Shown piece by piece: positions 48,219-57,977 of a stretch of DNA of 64,000 nt. The DNA comes from a virus, in IMG/VR virus record IMGVR_UViG_3300032164_000009, positions 3,004-67,003 of that record; one strand, 5' to 3'. Numbering within the stretch: position 1 is the stretch's first letter; every line of letters starts with the position of its first letter. Position numbers and translations under genes: made by a program. The notes beneath the pieces were generated by a model that saw nothing but the letters and a program-made list of their open reading frames with translations, was not told where the DNA came from and made no database searches.

Positions 48219-48416
48219 ATGGCAGATGACCTCTCCGACCTGATTGAAACCGCCGTCGAGGCCCCGCAGTCCGTGACTGTGGCCGGCGGCAGCGTTGCAT
48301 CTCGCCCCCTCCCCGAGTTGATCGAGGCGGATAAGTATCTGGCTGCCAAGCGGGCCCGCACCAAGAACCACTGCGGCCTCATCTTCCGCACCCTTGAACC
48401 CGGAGGTTGCGGGTGA
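48219..48416 (+). CDS. Head-tail joining protein (gpW-like)
   Basis: Small gene directly before the portal; P.SVTV.G.SV...L.ELIEADKYL. Confidence 0.7.
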   Translation: MADDLSDLIETAVEAPQSVTVAGGSVASRPLPELIEADKYLAAKRARTKNHCGLIFRTLEPGGCG

Positions 48417-49945
48417 ACCTGTTTGGTCGAATTCGCCGTGCATTCTCCCGGGCCCCGGCAGTCCGTCCCTCGCCTGAGATAGGCCGCCCCGTTCGCGGAC
48501 GCTATGACGCCGCGGGCTATGGGACCGAGACCAAGAATATCTGGCTCAACGCGGACGCCCTCGATGCTGACGCCGCGAATTCTCTGGCCGTGCGAAAGAA
48601 CCTTCGCCAGCGCTCACGATACGAGCGGACCAACAACGGGCACGCATCGGGGATTGTCGGGACGCAGGCAAACTACGTCATCGGAACCGGGCCGAAGTTG
48701 CGGATGCAGACCGGTTCAACCGGGTTCAATCGGATGATTGAGGCGAGGTGGGGCAGTTGGTGTGCGGCCACCCACTTCATGCGGAAACTCCGCACTCTCA
48801 ATAAGGCCAAGACCGGCGACGGCGAAGCGTTTGGTCATTTTCGCACCAACCCTGGTCTAGCCGATCCGGTGAAGTTGGATCTCCGCACCTTGGAGTGCGA
48901 CCAGATTACGGCACCGGCGTTGACCGCGATCAACGATGAAAACTACATCGACGGTATCCGCTTCGATGAATGGGGCAACGTCATCAGTTATGAGGTGCTC
49001 GACTGCCATCCTGGGGCCCTCTGGTCTTGGATCGGGGCCCGCGACGGATACCAGACGATCCCCGCCAAGTTCATGGCCCATTGGTTCAACGAAGATCGCA
49101 GCGGGCAGCATCGCGGGGTTCCTGAGATCACGCCGACTCTGAATTTGTTCGGCACGGGTCGGCGATACCGCGAAGCGGTTGTTGCGGCGGCTGAGACGGC
49201 GGCCGACTTCTCGGCGATTGTCAACATGGGCTCGCCGGATGATACCGGCCCTGATCAACTCCGACCATTCAGTACCTTTCCAATCGACAAGCGGACGTTG
49301 ATGGTCAGTCCGGCCGGATCGACCACCACTCAACTCAAGCCCGAGCAGCCGGCGACTAGCTACGTTGACTTCACACGCTCGATGCTTTGCGAAGAGGCCC
49401 GACCGCTGAACATGCCGTACAACATCGCGGCGTGCGATTCCAGCGACTACAGCTTCAGCGGCGGGCGGCTGGATCACCTGACCTATTACGTGAGCGTGGG
49501 CGTCGAGCGACAAGATTGCGAAACCCTCGTCTTGGAGAAAGCCTTCGCGCTCTGGTTTGCCGAGGCAATTCTCCGCTACGGCTGGACAGTTCCGGCCGAA
49601 CCCGCCCCCCGGCACTCATGGGGCTGGCCGGCAATGCCGCAGATCGACCAGGAAAAGACGGCGAACGCTCGCAAGACCTCTATGGGCCTGGGCATTCAAT
49701 CTCCCAGCCGCGTTGGCGACGAAGACGGCTACGACGATGAGGACGAGTTGGAAGTGCTGGCCACGGATCATGGCGTAACCGTCGAGGAGATGCGGGAGAT
49801 TCGCCGCGAGTCGATCTTCGCCCAGTCCGCGGCCCCTCCGGTCAAGACGAATACCGACGGAGATCAACCCGCCTCAGACAAGAGCCTGCCGCCGTCCAAG
49901 GTCGCACCCAAACGCAATGGTGCCACACGAGGAGCGTTCGTATGA
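48413..49945 (+). CDS. Portal protein, lambda family
   Basis: YDAA; LR.RSRYE..NN; DGEAF; IDGI.FDEWG; GQHRGVP; D.SDYSFSGGRLD. Confidence 0.9.
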   Translation: MNLFGRIRRAFSRAPAVRPSPEIGRPVRGRYDAAGYGTETKNIWLNADALDADAANSLAVRKNLRQRSRYERTNNGHASGIVGTQANYVIGTGPKLRMQTGSTGFNRMIEARWGSWCAATHFMRKLRTLNKAKTGDGEAFGHFRTNPGLADPVKLDLRTLECDQITAPALTAINDENYIDGIRFDEWGNVISYEVLDCHPGALWSWIGARDGYQTIPAKFMAHWFNEDRSGQHRGVPEITPTLNLFGTGRRYREAVVAAAETAADFSAIVNMGSPDDTGPDQLRPFSTFPIDKRTLMVSPAGSTTTQLKPEQPATSYVDFTRSMLCEEARPLNMPYNIAACDSSDYSFSGGRLDHLTYYVSVGVERQDCETLVLEKAFALWFAEAILRYGWTVPAEPAPRHSWGWPAMPQIDQEKTANARKTSMGLGIQSPSRVGDEDGYDDEDELEVLATDHGVTVEEMREIRRESIFAQSAAPPVKTNTDGDQPASDKSLPPSKVAPKRNGATRGAFV

Positions 49946-52101
49946 AAAAGCACGCGGCACGCCACGTCAAGGCCCGCATGATTCGAGCCGCCCAAAAATG
50001 CGGAATGATCCAGGCCGAAGCCGTCGCCGTCGAGTGGATTCAAGCCGCCGAAGGCGAATCCGCCGACAAGCCGATTCGCTTCACCATGACGGCCTACACC
50101 GGCGGGCCGATGCGAGTGGACGGTTACTACGATCCGGTCGTTATCGATCTGGAAGGTCTGGAAGCCAAGCCGCCTTTCCCGAGTCTTCGTGACCATGACA
50201 TGGGGCAGATCGTCGGGCACATCGACGAGGCCGAGATCGGGTCGGTGGTCAAGGTTGGCGGCATCATCTCCGGGGCCAATGAATTCGCCGCTCAGGTTGT
50301 GAGCAGTTCCAAAGCCGGCTTCCCCTGGAAAGCCTCGATCGGCGCGATGCCCGCCGCGAACGGGTTGGAGTTCATCGGCGACGGTATCAGTACGAAAGTC
50401 AATGGCAAGTCGTTTAAGGGACCGCTCATCATCGCCCGCAAGGCCACGGTGCGTGAAGTCTCATTTGTGGCGATTGGTGCAGACGCCAAAACCTCAGTCA
50501 AAGTTGCGGCGTCCGCCGCGAATTCCAAGGAGATCGAAAACATGAAACCCGAACTGCAAACGTACATCGAGGCGATGGGACTGGTCGTGAGCGAACTTCG
50601 CGACGACACGATCGCCAAGATCAAGACCAAGTACGATGCCGACCTGAAGGCCGCAACGGAGGCCGCCGCAATCAAGGCGAAGGCCACGGAAAAGCCGCCG
50701 GAGGCGGTCAAGGTCGAACCCCCGGCGTTCGATCTGCGATCGACGATCCTCTGCTACGAGAAGCACGTCGCCATCATCCAGGCCAAGGCCGCCGAGTATG
50801 CCGGCAAGATCGACGCCGCCGCGCTGGCTCCGGTCATGGCCAAGGCCCAACAGGACGCGGCGCAGTTGAAACTCCAGGCGCTCAAGGAAGAGTGGTCGCC
50901 GGTCAAACTCGAAGCGGCTTACGTCATGCCCGCGGCGATCTTCGCTGCGGACCTGATGGGCCTGGAGCGACCCAAGGGTCCGGCCATTCACGGGAGTCCG
51001 CGGGACTTGCAACCGCAGGTTATCGAGGCGGCCTTTGCTCAGTCCTGCGGACTCAAGCAACCCGAAAAGCATTACAAGCCGGAGATTCTCGAAGCGGCTG
51101 ACAAGCACTTCCGCAACATCGGCATCCAAGAGGTGCTCCTGATCCACGCCCAGGCCGCCGGCTATGCAGGCCGCCAGAAGATCACCGTCGGCAATCTCCG
51201 CGAGGTTATGAATGCCGCCTTTTCGACACACACCCTCACCACGCTGCTGACGACTACGGGCAACAAGATTCTGCTCGAAGGGTTCAACCAGATCCCGCAG
51301 TCATGGCGGGAGATTGCCGAGATCGGAAACGTCGTGGATTTCAAGACCGTGACGCGCTTCCGCCTGACGGCCGACATGCAATACGAAGAGGTTGGCGCGG
51401 CTGGCGAACTCAAGCACGGCACGGTCGGCCAAGAGACCTACACGATGGCCGCGAAGACCTACGGCAAGATGGCGGCCTTCACTCGCCAAGACATTATCAA
51501 CGATGACTTGGGTGCGCTGAACGCGGTCCGAAGCCGTCTTGGTCTCGGCGGTGCGATCAAGTTGCAGAATGTCTTCTGGACGGTCTGGATCGATAACACC
51601 GCCTTCTTTACTGGAGCCCGGGCGAATCTCGTTACGGGAAGCACCCTGGGCGACACGGGACTCGCAACCGCCATCGCAGCCTTCCGCAACATGGCGGGAC
51701 CGGATGGGAACAAGTTGAACCTGGAGCCGGCCGTCTTGCTCGTTCCGCCTTCCTTGGAAGCCACGGCCCGGAAGTTCTACGTCAGCCAGGAACTCCGCGA
51801 CACGAGCGCAAGCACGCGACTGGCGACGGCGAACATCTACTACAACCGCTTCCGCCCGGTCGTGGTGCCTGAGTTGGAAACAGCGTCCTTCGGCGGTGCC
51901 TACAGCGCCTCGACCTGGTATCTGCTCGCCGCTCCGACGGTTCTTGCGACCGCCGTGATGTGCTTCCTCGACGGCCAACAGGCTCCGACGATCGAGAGCA
52001 GTGACGCGGACTTCGATACGCTCGGAATCCAGTTCCGGGCGTATCACGACTTCGGGGCGGCGTTCTCCGAGTATCGTGCCGGCGTCAAGGCGACGGCATG
52101 A
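49942..52101 (+). CDS. Prohead protease-scaffold-major capsid fusion protein
   Basis: AYTGG...DH...GFPWKASIG...EVSFV protease domain; DFK, GELKHG, KTYG, IINDDLGA and YHDFG capsid motifs. Confidence 0.9.
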   Translation: MKKHAARHVKARMIRAAQKCGMIQAEAVAVEWIQAAEGESADKPIRFTMTAYTGGPMRVDGYYDPVVIDLEGLEAKPPFPSLRDHDMGQIVGHIDEAEIGSVVKVGGIISGANEFAAQVVSSSKAGFPWKASIGAMPAANGLEFIGDGISTKVNGKSFKGPLIIARKATVREVSFVAIGADAKTSVKVAASAANSKEIENMKPELQTYIEAMGLVVSELRDDTIAKIKTKYDADLKAATEAAAIKAKATEKPPEAVKVEPPAFDLRSTILCYEKHVAIIQAKAAEYAGKIDAAALAPVMAKAQQDAAQLKLQALKEEWSPVKLEAAYVMPAAIFAADLMGLERPKGPAIHGSPRDLQPQVIEAAFAQSCGLKQPEKHYKPEILEAADKHFRNIGIQEVLLIHAQAAGYAGRQKITVGNLREVMNAAFSTHTLTTLLTTTGNKILLEGFNQIPQSWREIAEIGNVVDFKTVTRFRLTADMQYEEVGAAGELKHGTVGQETYTMAAKTYGKMAAFTRQDIINDDLGALNAVRSRLGLGGAIKLQNVFWTVWIDNTAFFTGARANLVTGSTLGDTGLATAIAAFRNMAGPDGNKLNLEPAVLLVPPSLEATARKFYVSQELRDTSASTRLATANIYYNRFRPVVVPELETASFGGAYSASTWYLLAAPTVLATAVMCFLDGQQAPTIESSDADFDTLGIQFRAYHDFGAAFSEYRAGVKATA

Positions 52102-52162
52102 CCATAGGCGGGCCAGATGCCCGAAACATTACCCGCAACTAGTTTTTTGAGGAGACTTGAAA

Positions 52163-53560
52163 ATGGCTCAGACCCCTTGCCTTTTCTTCGCAAAAGGTCA
52201 CGTGATCGACTACACGCCCGACGCGGCTGTTGCCGCGGGGGCCGTAGTGTTGCTTGGCACCAGCCCCCTGATCGCGCCCTCGGCGATTCCGGCCGCCACA
52301 AAGGGCGTCCTTAGTTGCTCCGGCATTTGGAAAGTGCCGCAGGTGAACGCGGTTTTCACGGCCGGTGATGCGGTGTACTGGGACGTGGACGGCTCGCCTT
52401 ATGGCGGGACGGCCCTTTCCGGTGCCGCGACTGGCACGTCCAGCGCTGGCTACTTGTTGGGTCGGGTGGTCTTCACCACAACCGCAACCGACACCTATGT
52501 CTATGTCCAACTGACGGCGATCAAGCTGACTGCCACGACTGCCGGGGCTGTGGACGCTACCGATATTACGGGCTCCGATTCGTCCCTCGGCATCAACGGA
52601 AAGGCCGGAACCAGCGGGGCCGGCGGTGATGTTGTAATGACCGGTGGCGCCGCGGCGACCGGAGGCGGTGGCGTACTCACTTTCGCCGGTGGTGCCGGTG
52701 CGGCTGGAGTCGGCGGAGCCATCAGCGCGACCGGAGGTGCTGGAAACGGTGCCTATGCCGGCGGTGCCTTTACGGTGGTCGCTGGGGCCGGTGGAGCGGC
52801 CGGGGCCGGCGGTGCCGTTAGCCTGACCGGTGGCGCACCCGCGAGCGGGAACGCTGTTGGCGGCAACTCCAGCATCATCGCTGGCCGCGGAAGCGGGAAC
52901 GCCGTCGGTGGGTCCGTGATCTGCACCGGTGGAGCCGGTGGGGCCTCTGGGACCGGGGCCGGTGGGCCGGTGAACGTCACCGGCGGAGTCGGTGGAACGA
53001 GTGGAACCGGGGCCGGCGGGGCGATTGCGATCGCCGCTGGCGCTGGTGGTGGTGGAACCGCCAACGGCGGAGCCCTCACGATCTATTCGGGTGCGCCCTA
53101 CAGCACGGGGACGGCCGGAGACGTGACGATCGACACCGGAAATCAGGGCTCGGGTACTGCTGGCGCGTTGTCGATCGGTGCCGCCTATGCCGGGTCGATG
53201 ACCATCGGTCGCACGGCAGCGGCTATCGCCGTTGCGGGCCGTCCGACCTTTGCCCTGATGCCCCGCTTGACGCCGGCAACCGTTGCCGCCGCCAACTCGG
53301 CCCAGAACAACGGGGGCCTGATACTGGAAGGGTTCACGCTCGTGACGGCGGCCGATGGGACGAAGGCCGTTGTGCTCCCGTCCGCTGTGGCCGGGATGTG
53401 CGTCATTCTCCACAACGTCGTTGACAATATCCTCAAGGTGTTCCCGGCGGCTAGCGACAAGATCAACGGTGCCGCCGCCAACGCGGTCTTCAATCAGACG
53501 AATCTGACGTTGCGGAGTTATTACGCATACGACGCTACCGACTGGTATGTCAGTCCTTGA
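52163..53560 (+). CDS. DUF2190-like capsid cement protein with a long Gly-rich extension
   Basis: IDYTP.AAVAAG.VV...G.AVYWD N-terminal domain; Gly/Ala-rich repeats. Confidence 0.7.
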   Translation: MAQTPCLFFAKGHVIDYTPDAAVAAGAVVLLGTSPLIAPSAIPAATKGVLSCSGIWKVPQVNAVFTAGDAVYWDVDGSPYGGTALSGAATGTSSAGYLLGRVVFTTTATDTYVYVQLTAIKLTATTAGAVDATDITGSDSSLGINGKAGTSGAGGDVVMTGGAAATGGGGVLTFAGGAGAAGVGGAISATGGAGNGAYAGGAFTVVAGAGGAAGAGGAVSLTGGAPASGNAVGGNSSIIAGRGSGNAVGGSVICTGGAGGASGTGAGGPVNVTGGVGGTSGTGAGGAIAIAAGAGGGGTANGGALTIYSGAPYSTGTAGDVTIDTGNQGSGTAGALSIGAAYAGSMTIGRTAAAIAVAGRPTFALMPRLTPATVAAANSAQNNGGLILEGFTLVTAADGTKAVVLPSAVAGMCVILHNVVDNILKVFPAASDKINGAAANAVFNQTNLTLRSYYAYDATDWYVSP

Positions 53561-53631
53561 CCTTCCTCCTTGCTACCGGGGGCGGGTTTTGCTTCCAACC
53601 CGCCCCCGGCCGCTCTTTTTTTGGAAACAAC

Positions 53632-54939
53632 ATGGCAACCGCTACGATTGACGTGCAGGCTATCCGCGGCTGGCTCTCTGAAGAGGAGGCGGTCGAGTTG
53701 GGCCGTCTCGCCACTGGCGAAAAGGTCCTGGAGGTTGGGTCATATTGCGGACGATCCACCGCAATCATGGCGAAGGTTGCCCGCCATGTAATCGCCATCG
53801 ACGATTTCCGCGGCCTCACGTCCGACGATTCTCCGGATGACCTACGGGAGGAATTCTTCCGTAACCTCACCGCCGCCGGGGTCCAGTCCAAGGTGACGGT
53901 GCTTATCGGCTCGCTCCAGGAGATTCTTCCGACGCAAAGCCTTTCTTCGATTAGCATGGTCTTCTATGATGCAGACCATTCTTTCGCCTCTACGCTGTGC
54001 GGGTTGCGATCACTGATCGCCGCGGGACTTTCGCCGTCTGCAAGGATTGTCTGCCACGACTACGCGGAGGTGGACCACGGCGTTATCGAGGCCGTGGATG
54101 CGTTTGCCCGCGAAACCGGCCGGACCTTCCGGTGCGTCGATTCGCTGGCAATCTTCGATCCGGCCGAAACCCTTTCTGCCCCGCCTTCTTATCGGGTCAT
54201 GCTCGGGGCACCAGGGCCGACGATTTCCTGGGGCACCGTCTGCGGGATGCTCCTGCTGGCCGAGAGTCATCACGAGATTCAAGTCACCAACTCGGATAAC
54301 GGCTGGGATGACTTCAATGAGGTCTGGTGCCGAGCCCTGAACGCGGCAAGGGAAGGCAAGGCCACGCATTTCGTCCAGTGTCATTCCGACATAACGCCGC
54401 AAGGCCCGTGGCTTGATACGCTGATTGGCGAACTGGACGCCCACGATCTGGATTTCGTGTCGGCGGTCTGTCCGATCAAAGATGGCCGCGGCGTGACATC
54501 GAGCGGTATCGGCGATCCGGGCAATCGCTGGCAGCCTTGGCGGCGTTTCACGATGCAGGAGGTCTGCGGATTCCCGGAGACGTTCACTGCGGCCGATGTC
54601 GGCTATGCAAACTGGCCCTTGCTCCACAATACCGGCTGCTGGGCCGCCGACCTGCGGAAGCCGGTTTTCTTCGAGACCGATTGCGGCGATACGCTCAAGG
54701 CTTTTTTCCAATTCGACACGCGAATCTATCGCGCGGCCGACGGTTCGTGGAAGACGGCCCGCGAATCGGAAGACTGGTACTTCTCGCGATGCCTTTGGCA
54801 ACTCGGCGCAAAGACGGCTATTACCCGCAAGGTCCGTCTGAGTCACCGTGGCGTGATGGAATACAACAACTATGAGCCTTGGGGCAAGTATCGCGACGGC
54901 GACCAAGACACGAAACACAAGTGGGGCCGCAAGGAATGA
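53632..54939 (+). CDS. Class I SAM methyltransferase fused to a GT-A-like domain
   Basis: VLEVGSYCGRST; FYDADH; HDY; then THFV..HSD and ESEDWYFSR. Confidence 0.7.
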   Translation: MATATIDVQAIRGWLSEEEAVELGRLATGEKVLEVGSYCGRSTAIMAKVARHVIAIDDFRGLTSDDSPDDLREEFFRNLTAAGVQSKVTVLIGSLQEILPTQSLSSISMVFYDADHSFASTLCGLRSLIAAGLSPSARIVCHDYAEVDHGVIEAVDAFARETGRTFRCVDSLAIFDPAETLSAPPSYRVMLGAPGPTISWGTVCGMLLLAESHHEIQVTNSDNGWDDFNEVWCRALNAAREGKATHFVQCHSDITPQGPWLDTLIGELDAHDLDFVSAVCPIKDGRGVTSSGIGDPGNRWQPWRRFTMQEVCGFPETFTAADVGYANWPLLHNTGCWAADLRKPVFFETDCGDTLKAFFQFDTRIYRAADGSWKTARESEDWYFSRCLWQLGAKTAITRKVRLSHRGVMEYNNYEPWGKYRDGDQDTKHKWGRKE

Positions 54940-55310
54940 CCACGCTTCTTCAATCCGGTGCCGCATGGCTGGCGGGTCAACTGAAGACCCACGCCGCGAT
55001 TGACGTTTCGTATGAGCGAAGCGGCGACGTGTGCGAGGTGTCGGCCGTTCAGGGCTCGACGCCGTGGGACGTGATTGATTCGGGCGGTGCCGCAGTGCGA
55101 TTCGTTTCCTGCGATTGGCGACTGACCGCGGCGGACCTCGTTTTGGCCGGATTGATCGCGACTCCCGAGGCCGGGGATAAGATCGTTGACCGGAACGGCG
55201 AGCAAGTTTTGACCTACGAGGTCTTGCCTCCCGACGGAAAGAATTGCTTCGAGCGACTGCCGCAAGGTGTCGAGTTGATCGTCTACAGCAAACTAATTTC
55301 GTCCGAATGA
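54936..55310 (+). CDS. Head-tail adaptor/closure protein
   Basis: Position; LL..GAAWL; P.AGD.I motif. Confidence 0.6.
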   Translation: MTTLLQSGAAWLAGQLKTHAAIDVSYERSGDVCEVSAVQGSTPWDVIDSGGAAVRFVSCDWRLTAADLVLAGLIATPEAGDKIVDRNGEQVLTYEVLPPDGKNCFERLPQGVELIVYSKLISSE

Positions 55311-55323
55311 ACGAGGAAAACCC

Positions 55324-55707
55324 ATGCCGACCTACAACCTAATCCGCGGAGTGAGAATCGGGAGCGAGACCTTTACGCACAGGGAGCCGGTGACCGAAGA
55401 GGAGGAAGTGAAACTTGACGTGGAGCTGGCGGAATCCGCGGCTCTCGAAGAGCACATCATTCAGCTTGACATCAGCGAAATGAAGGCCCTCTACTGCGGG
55501 GTCGATCAACTCGGCTTGCTTCGGATCAATTCCAACGTGGCCGAGCCGATCGCACTCAACCCGGAGTTGCCGCTCATCTGGTCCGACGGAAGCGGCGAAG
55601 ACAACCCGCTCGGTGTTGCGGACCTGACTTCGATCTTCATTACCAACTCGTCAAGCTCTGGTGCAATGATCCTACATTTTCGGGCCCTGCTCAACTCGGA
55701 AGCGTAA
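55324..55707 (+). CDS. Hypothetical virion protein
   Basis: GAGG RBS; position in the structural operon. Confidence 0.5.
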   Translation: MPTYNLIRGVRIGSETFTHREPVTEEEEVKLDVELAESAALEEHIIQLDISEMKALYCGVDQLGLLRINSNVAEPIALNPELPLIWSDGSGEDNPLGVADLTSIFITNSSSSGAMILHFRALLNSEA

Positions 55708-55713
55708 CCGCCC

Positions 55714-56163
55714 ATGAGCCTGATAACCGACATCGCCGACGCCATTGTTGCTGACCTGAATCTCCAGACCTTCAGCAAGGCGTTGGTGGCAGTGCGCCTT
55801 TACGATCCGGAGGTCGGGCTAGAGGAATTGGTTGGCGGCCGTGTCGTGGTCGTGCCAAAGGATAAGGTGCGGACGGCTACCGTGACTCGGAGTCTTGACC
55901 AGCGGGATTCGTCAATTGACGTTGCGGTGCAGGCTAAGATCGTGGCGAGGCCCGGCGAGGACACGGCTGAGATCGACGGCTGGATGGATTATACCGACGA
56001 AATCGAGGACTTCTTGGTGCGACTCAAGCCGAGCCAGATGCCGGACGTGCTGGTGACCGGAGTTCAGAACTCGCCCGTGTTCTCCTGGGACCACCTGCAC
56101 AAGTTGCGGGTCTTTACATCGCTGCTCACCGTCACCGTCGCGGTGGCCTGGAGGCGCGAATGA
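55714..56163 (+). CDS. Tail terminator-like protein
   Basis: DIADA.V..LN; IDVAVQ.K; position. Confidence 0.55.
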   Translation: MSLITDIADAIVADLNLQTFSKALVAVRLYDPEVGLEELVGGRVVVVPKDKVRTATVTRSLDQRDSSIDVAVQAKIVARPGEDTAEIDGWMDYTDEIEDFLVRLKPSQMPDVLVTGVQNSPVFSWDHLHKLRVFTSLLTVTVAVAWRRE

Positions 56164-56606
56164 TCGGAGTCAAGTTTCTCGGCTCGATGTTTGACGCCAA
56201 AGCCATTTTGGCCGCGGTCGATAAGGCCGAACGGACCGTCTTGAAGATATTCGGCTTCAATGTCCGCAAGGAGGCGATGGGGTCGATCAAGGAGACCCCG
56301 GAAGGCGTCGCGGCACCGGCTGGAGGTCCCCCGCATGCGCACGTGCGAGCAACGAAGAAGGCTGCAAAAAAGGGCGGGAAAAAATACGGCGGGCCGCCGG
56401 GTGGGCTCCGCTTCATCCAATACTTCGTTGAGGGTTCGCGCTCGGTCATCATCGGCCCGGCATCGAATCGCACCCGCTCCATCACGATCCCCGAGATTCT
56501 TGAAGAGGGGAAACTCCGCGTACCCCAGCACCCCTTCATGGGCCCCGCGTTCCAGCGAACCTTACCGCGATTGCCCGCGATGTGGGCCGGCTCAGTGAAA
56601 CGATAA
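56160..56606 (+). CDS. Tail completion protein (HK97 gp10-like)
   Basis: SVIIGP...LE.G...HPFMGPA. Confidence 0.65.
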   Translation: MIGVKFLGSMFDAKAILAAVDKAERTVLKIFGFNVRKEAMGSIKETPEGVAAPAGGPPHAHVRATKKAAKKGGKKYGGPPGGLRFIQYFVEGSRSVIIGPASNRTRSITIPEILEEGKLRVPQHPFMGPAFQRTLPRLPAMWAGSVKR

Positions 56607-56679
56607 CGCGGCCCGCGAGCCGCATGACCACAACTTGAAACTGGCATCTGGCGAAGGGCGGCCACCCGATGCCAGCTAT

Positions 56680-56738
56680 GGGCCGCAAACGACAGCCGTG
56701 CAGGGCTGCACCCTTGCACGGCTTGTTTTTTGCGGCCC
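56680..56738 (+). terminator. Structured hairpin with U-tract before the major tail gene
   Basis: AGCCGTGCAGGG/CCTTGCACGGCT stem nested inside GGGCCGCAAA/TTTGCGGCCC. Confidence 0.5.
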
Positions 56739-56766
56739 GCCTTTTTGACAAGGGAGAAAGAAAACC

Positions 56767-57189
56767 ATGCCCACTGAAAAAATCCAACTCGGGGCCGATG
56801 CTGTACTGAAGATCGACGGGACCGAGGTCGATGACGCCACCGATGTGAACGTGAACATCGGCGGATCGATGCTGAAACTTCCGACGCGCAAGACTGCGAA
56901 GCACGGCTTTTCATCGAGTTCTCCCGGCCTATCGGAACTCAGCATCGACTTCACCTTGCTGAAGCGCGAAGGCTCGACGATGCCCGACATATTGCGGGCG
57001 GCCAAGACAGAGAGAACCATCCTGGAAGTGGAGGCCCTTGATTGCGAGGGCGGCGAGGGCCCGTCGGGTGACTTCTACGTCGCCGAGTTTGGACGAGGTG
57101 AGCCGCTCCAGGACGGCATCGCCTTCAAGGTCAAACTCGAATGGACCTCCGACGGCGGCCAAGAGCAGCCGGAATGGTCCGGCGCATAA
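56767..57189 (+). CDS. Major tail (tube) protein
   Basis: Size and position; G.DF.V..F.R.EPL.D motif. Confidence 0.7.
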   Translation: MPTEKIQLGADAVLKIDGTEVDDATDVNVNIGGSMLKLPTRKTAKHGFSSSSPGLSELSIDFTLLKREGSTMPDILRAAKTERTILEVEALDCEGGEGPSGDFYVAEFGRGEPLQDGIAFKVKLEWTSDGGQEQPEWSGA

Positions 57190-57236
57190 ACCCAATCCAG
57201 TACGGCTTTTCATTCACCATTCAATAGGGTGCAGCC

Positions 57237-57770
57237 ATGCGAGCATTCAAGGATTCGGCGGGCAGGGAGTGGGAAATCTCAATTACCGTTAGTTCACTCC
57301 GTCGCGTTCGCGACAATCTGAAGATCGACTTGCTCGACCCGATGAGCGGCGAGTCACCCCTCCTGACGCAACTCTTCCTCGACGTGATTCTGCTGGGCGA
57401 TGTACTTTACTGGCTGTGCTATCCGCAGATTCAGTCGCGGGACCTGAACCCCGATAGCTTTGGAGAGAAAATCGGAGGCGGGGAAGGCCGGCTGGCATAT
57501 GAAGCCTTCTTTGAGGAGCTAAAGGATTTTTTCCGCTTGCGCGGTCGCTCGGAACTAGTCCGAGTGATCGACGCAAATCTCGGCATGGTCCGAAAGGGGA
57601 TCGAGGCGGCCTCCAGGATGATGGAAAGCAGGCTGGAGCCAGAGATCGACCGGCTGTTGGCGGAGGCGGTGGCGAAGATGGAAGGCGACCTATCGGCCCT
57701 ATCAATCGGTGGACCTGGGACGACATCGACGAACTCGCCGGCATCGTCGGAATCGACCCCGCCCCGTTGA
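57237..57770 (+). CDS. Tail assembly chaperone
   Basis: Lies between the tail tube and tape measure genes; MR.FKD..GREW; DFF. Confidence 0.7.
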   Translation: MRAFKDSAGREWEISITVSSLRRVRDNLKIDLLDPMSGESPLLTQLFLDVILLGDVLYWLCYPQIQSRDLNPDSFGEKIGGGEGRLAYEAFFEELKDFFRLRGRSELVRVIDANLGMVRKGIEAASRMMESRLEPEIDRLLAEAVAKMEGDLSALSIGGPGTTSTNSPASSESTPPR

Positions 57771-57973
57771 CGCTCCGATCGTTGGTCGTGATGGTCAGAG
57801 CAAAGCAACGGGAGGAATGGAATCGCCTGCGGATTTTGCTGGTCAAAATTCACAACTGCCATTGCACAGAGCCGATCGGCCTGAGTGACATCCCGAATCC
57901 CTTTGACGTAGAGAAGGAAGTAGGCGACATCCGAACCATCAAACACTACTTCAGGTCGAAAAAGAGCGATTGA
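57767..57973 (+). CDS. Tail assembly chaperone extension (probable -1 frameshift product)
   Basis: -1 frame open from 57512; slippery T-TTT-TTC at 57527-57533. Confidence 0.55.
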   Translation: MTLRSLVVMVRAKQREEWNRLRILLVKIHNCHCTEPIGLSDIPNPFDVEKEVGDIRTIKHYFRSKKSD

Positions 57974-57977
57974 AGAA

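Noticed and set aside
51748-51801. Unit 5 matching capsid segment ATARKFYVSQELR
   Set aside because: Needs a gap and shares few positions; much weaker than units 1-4
52139-53413. 424-aa minus-strand ORF
   Set aside because: Antisense shadow of the Gly/Ala-rich cement gene
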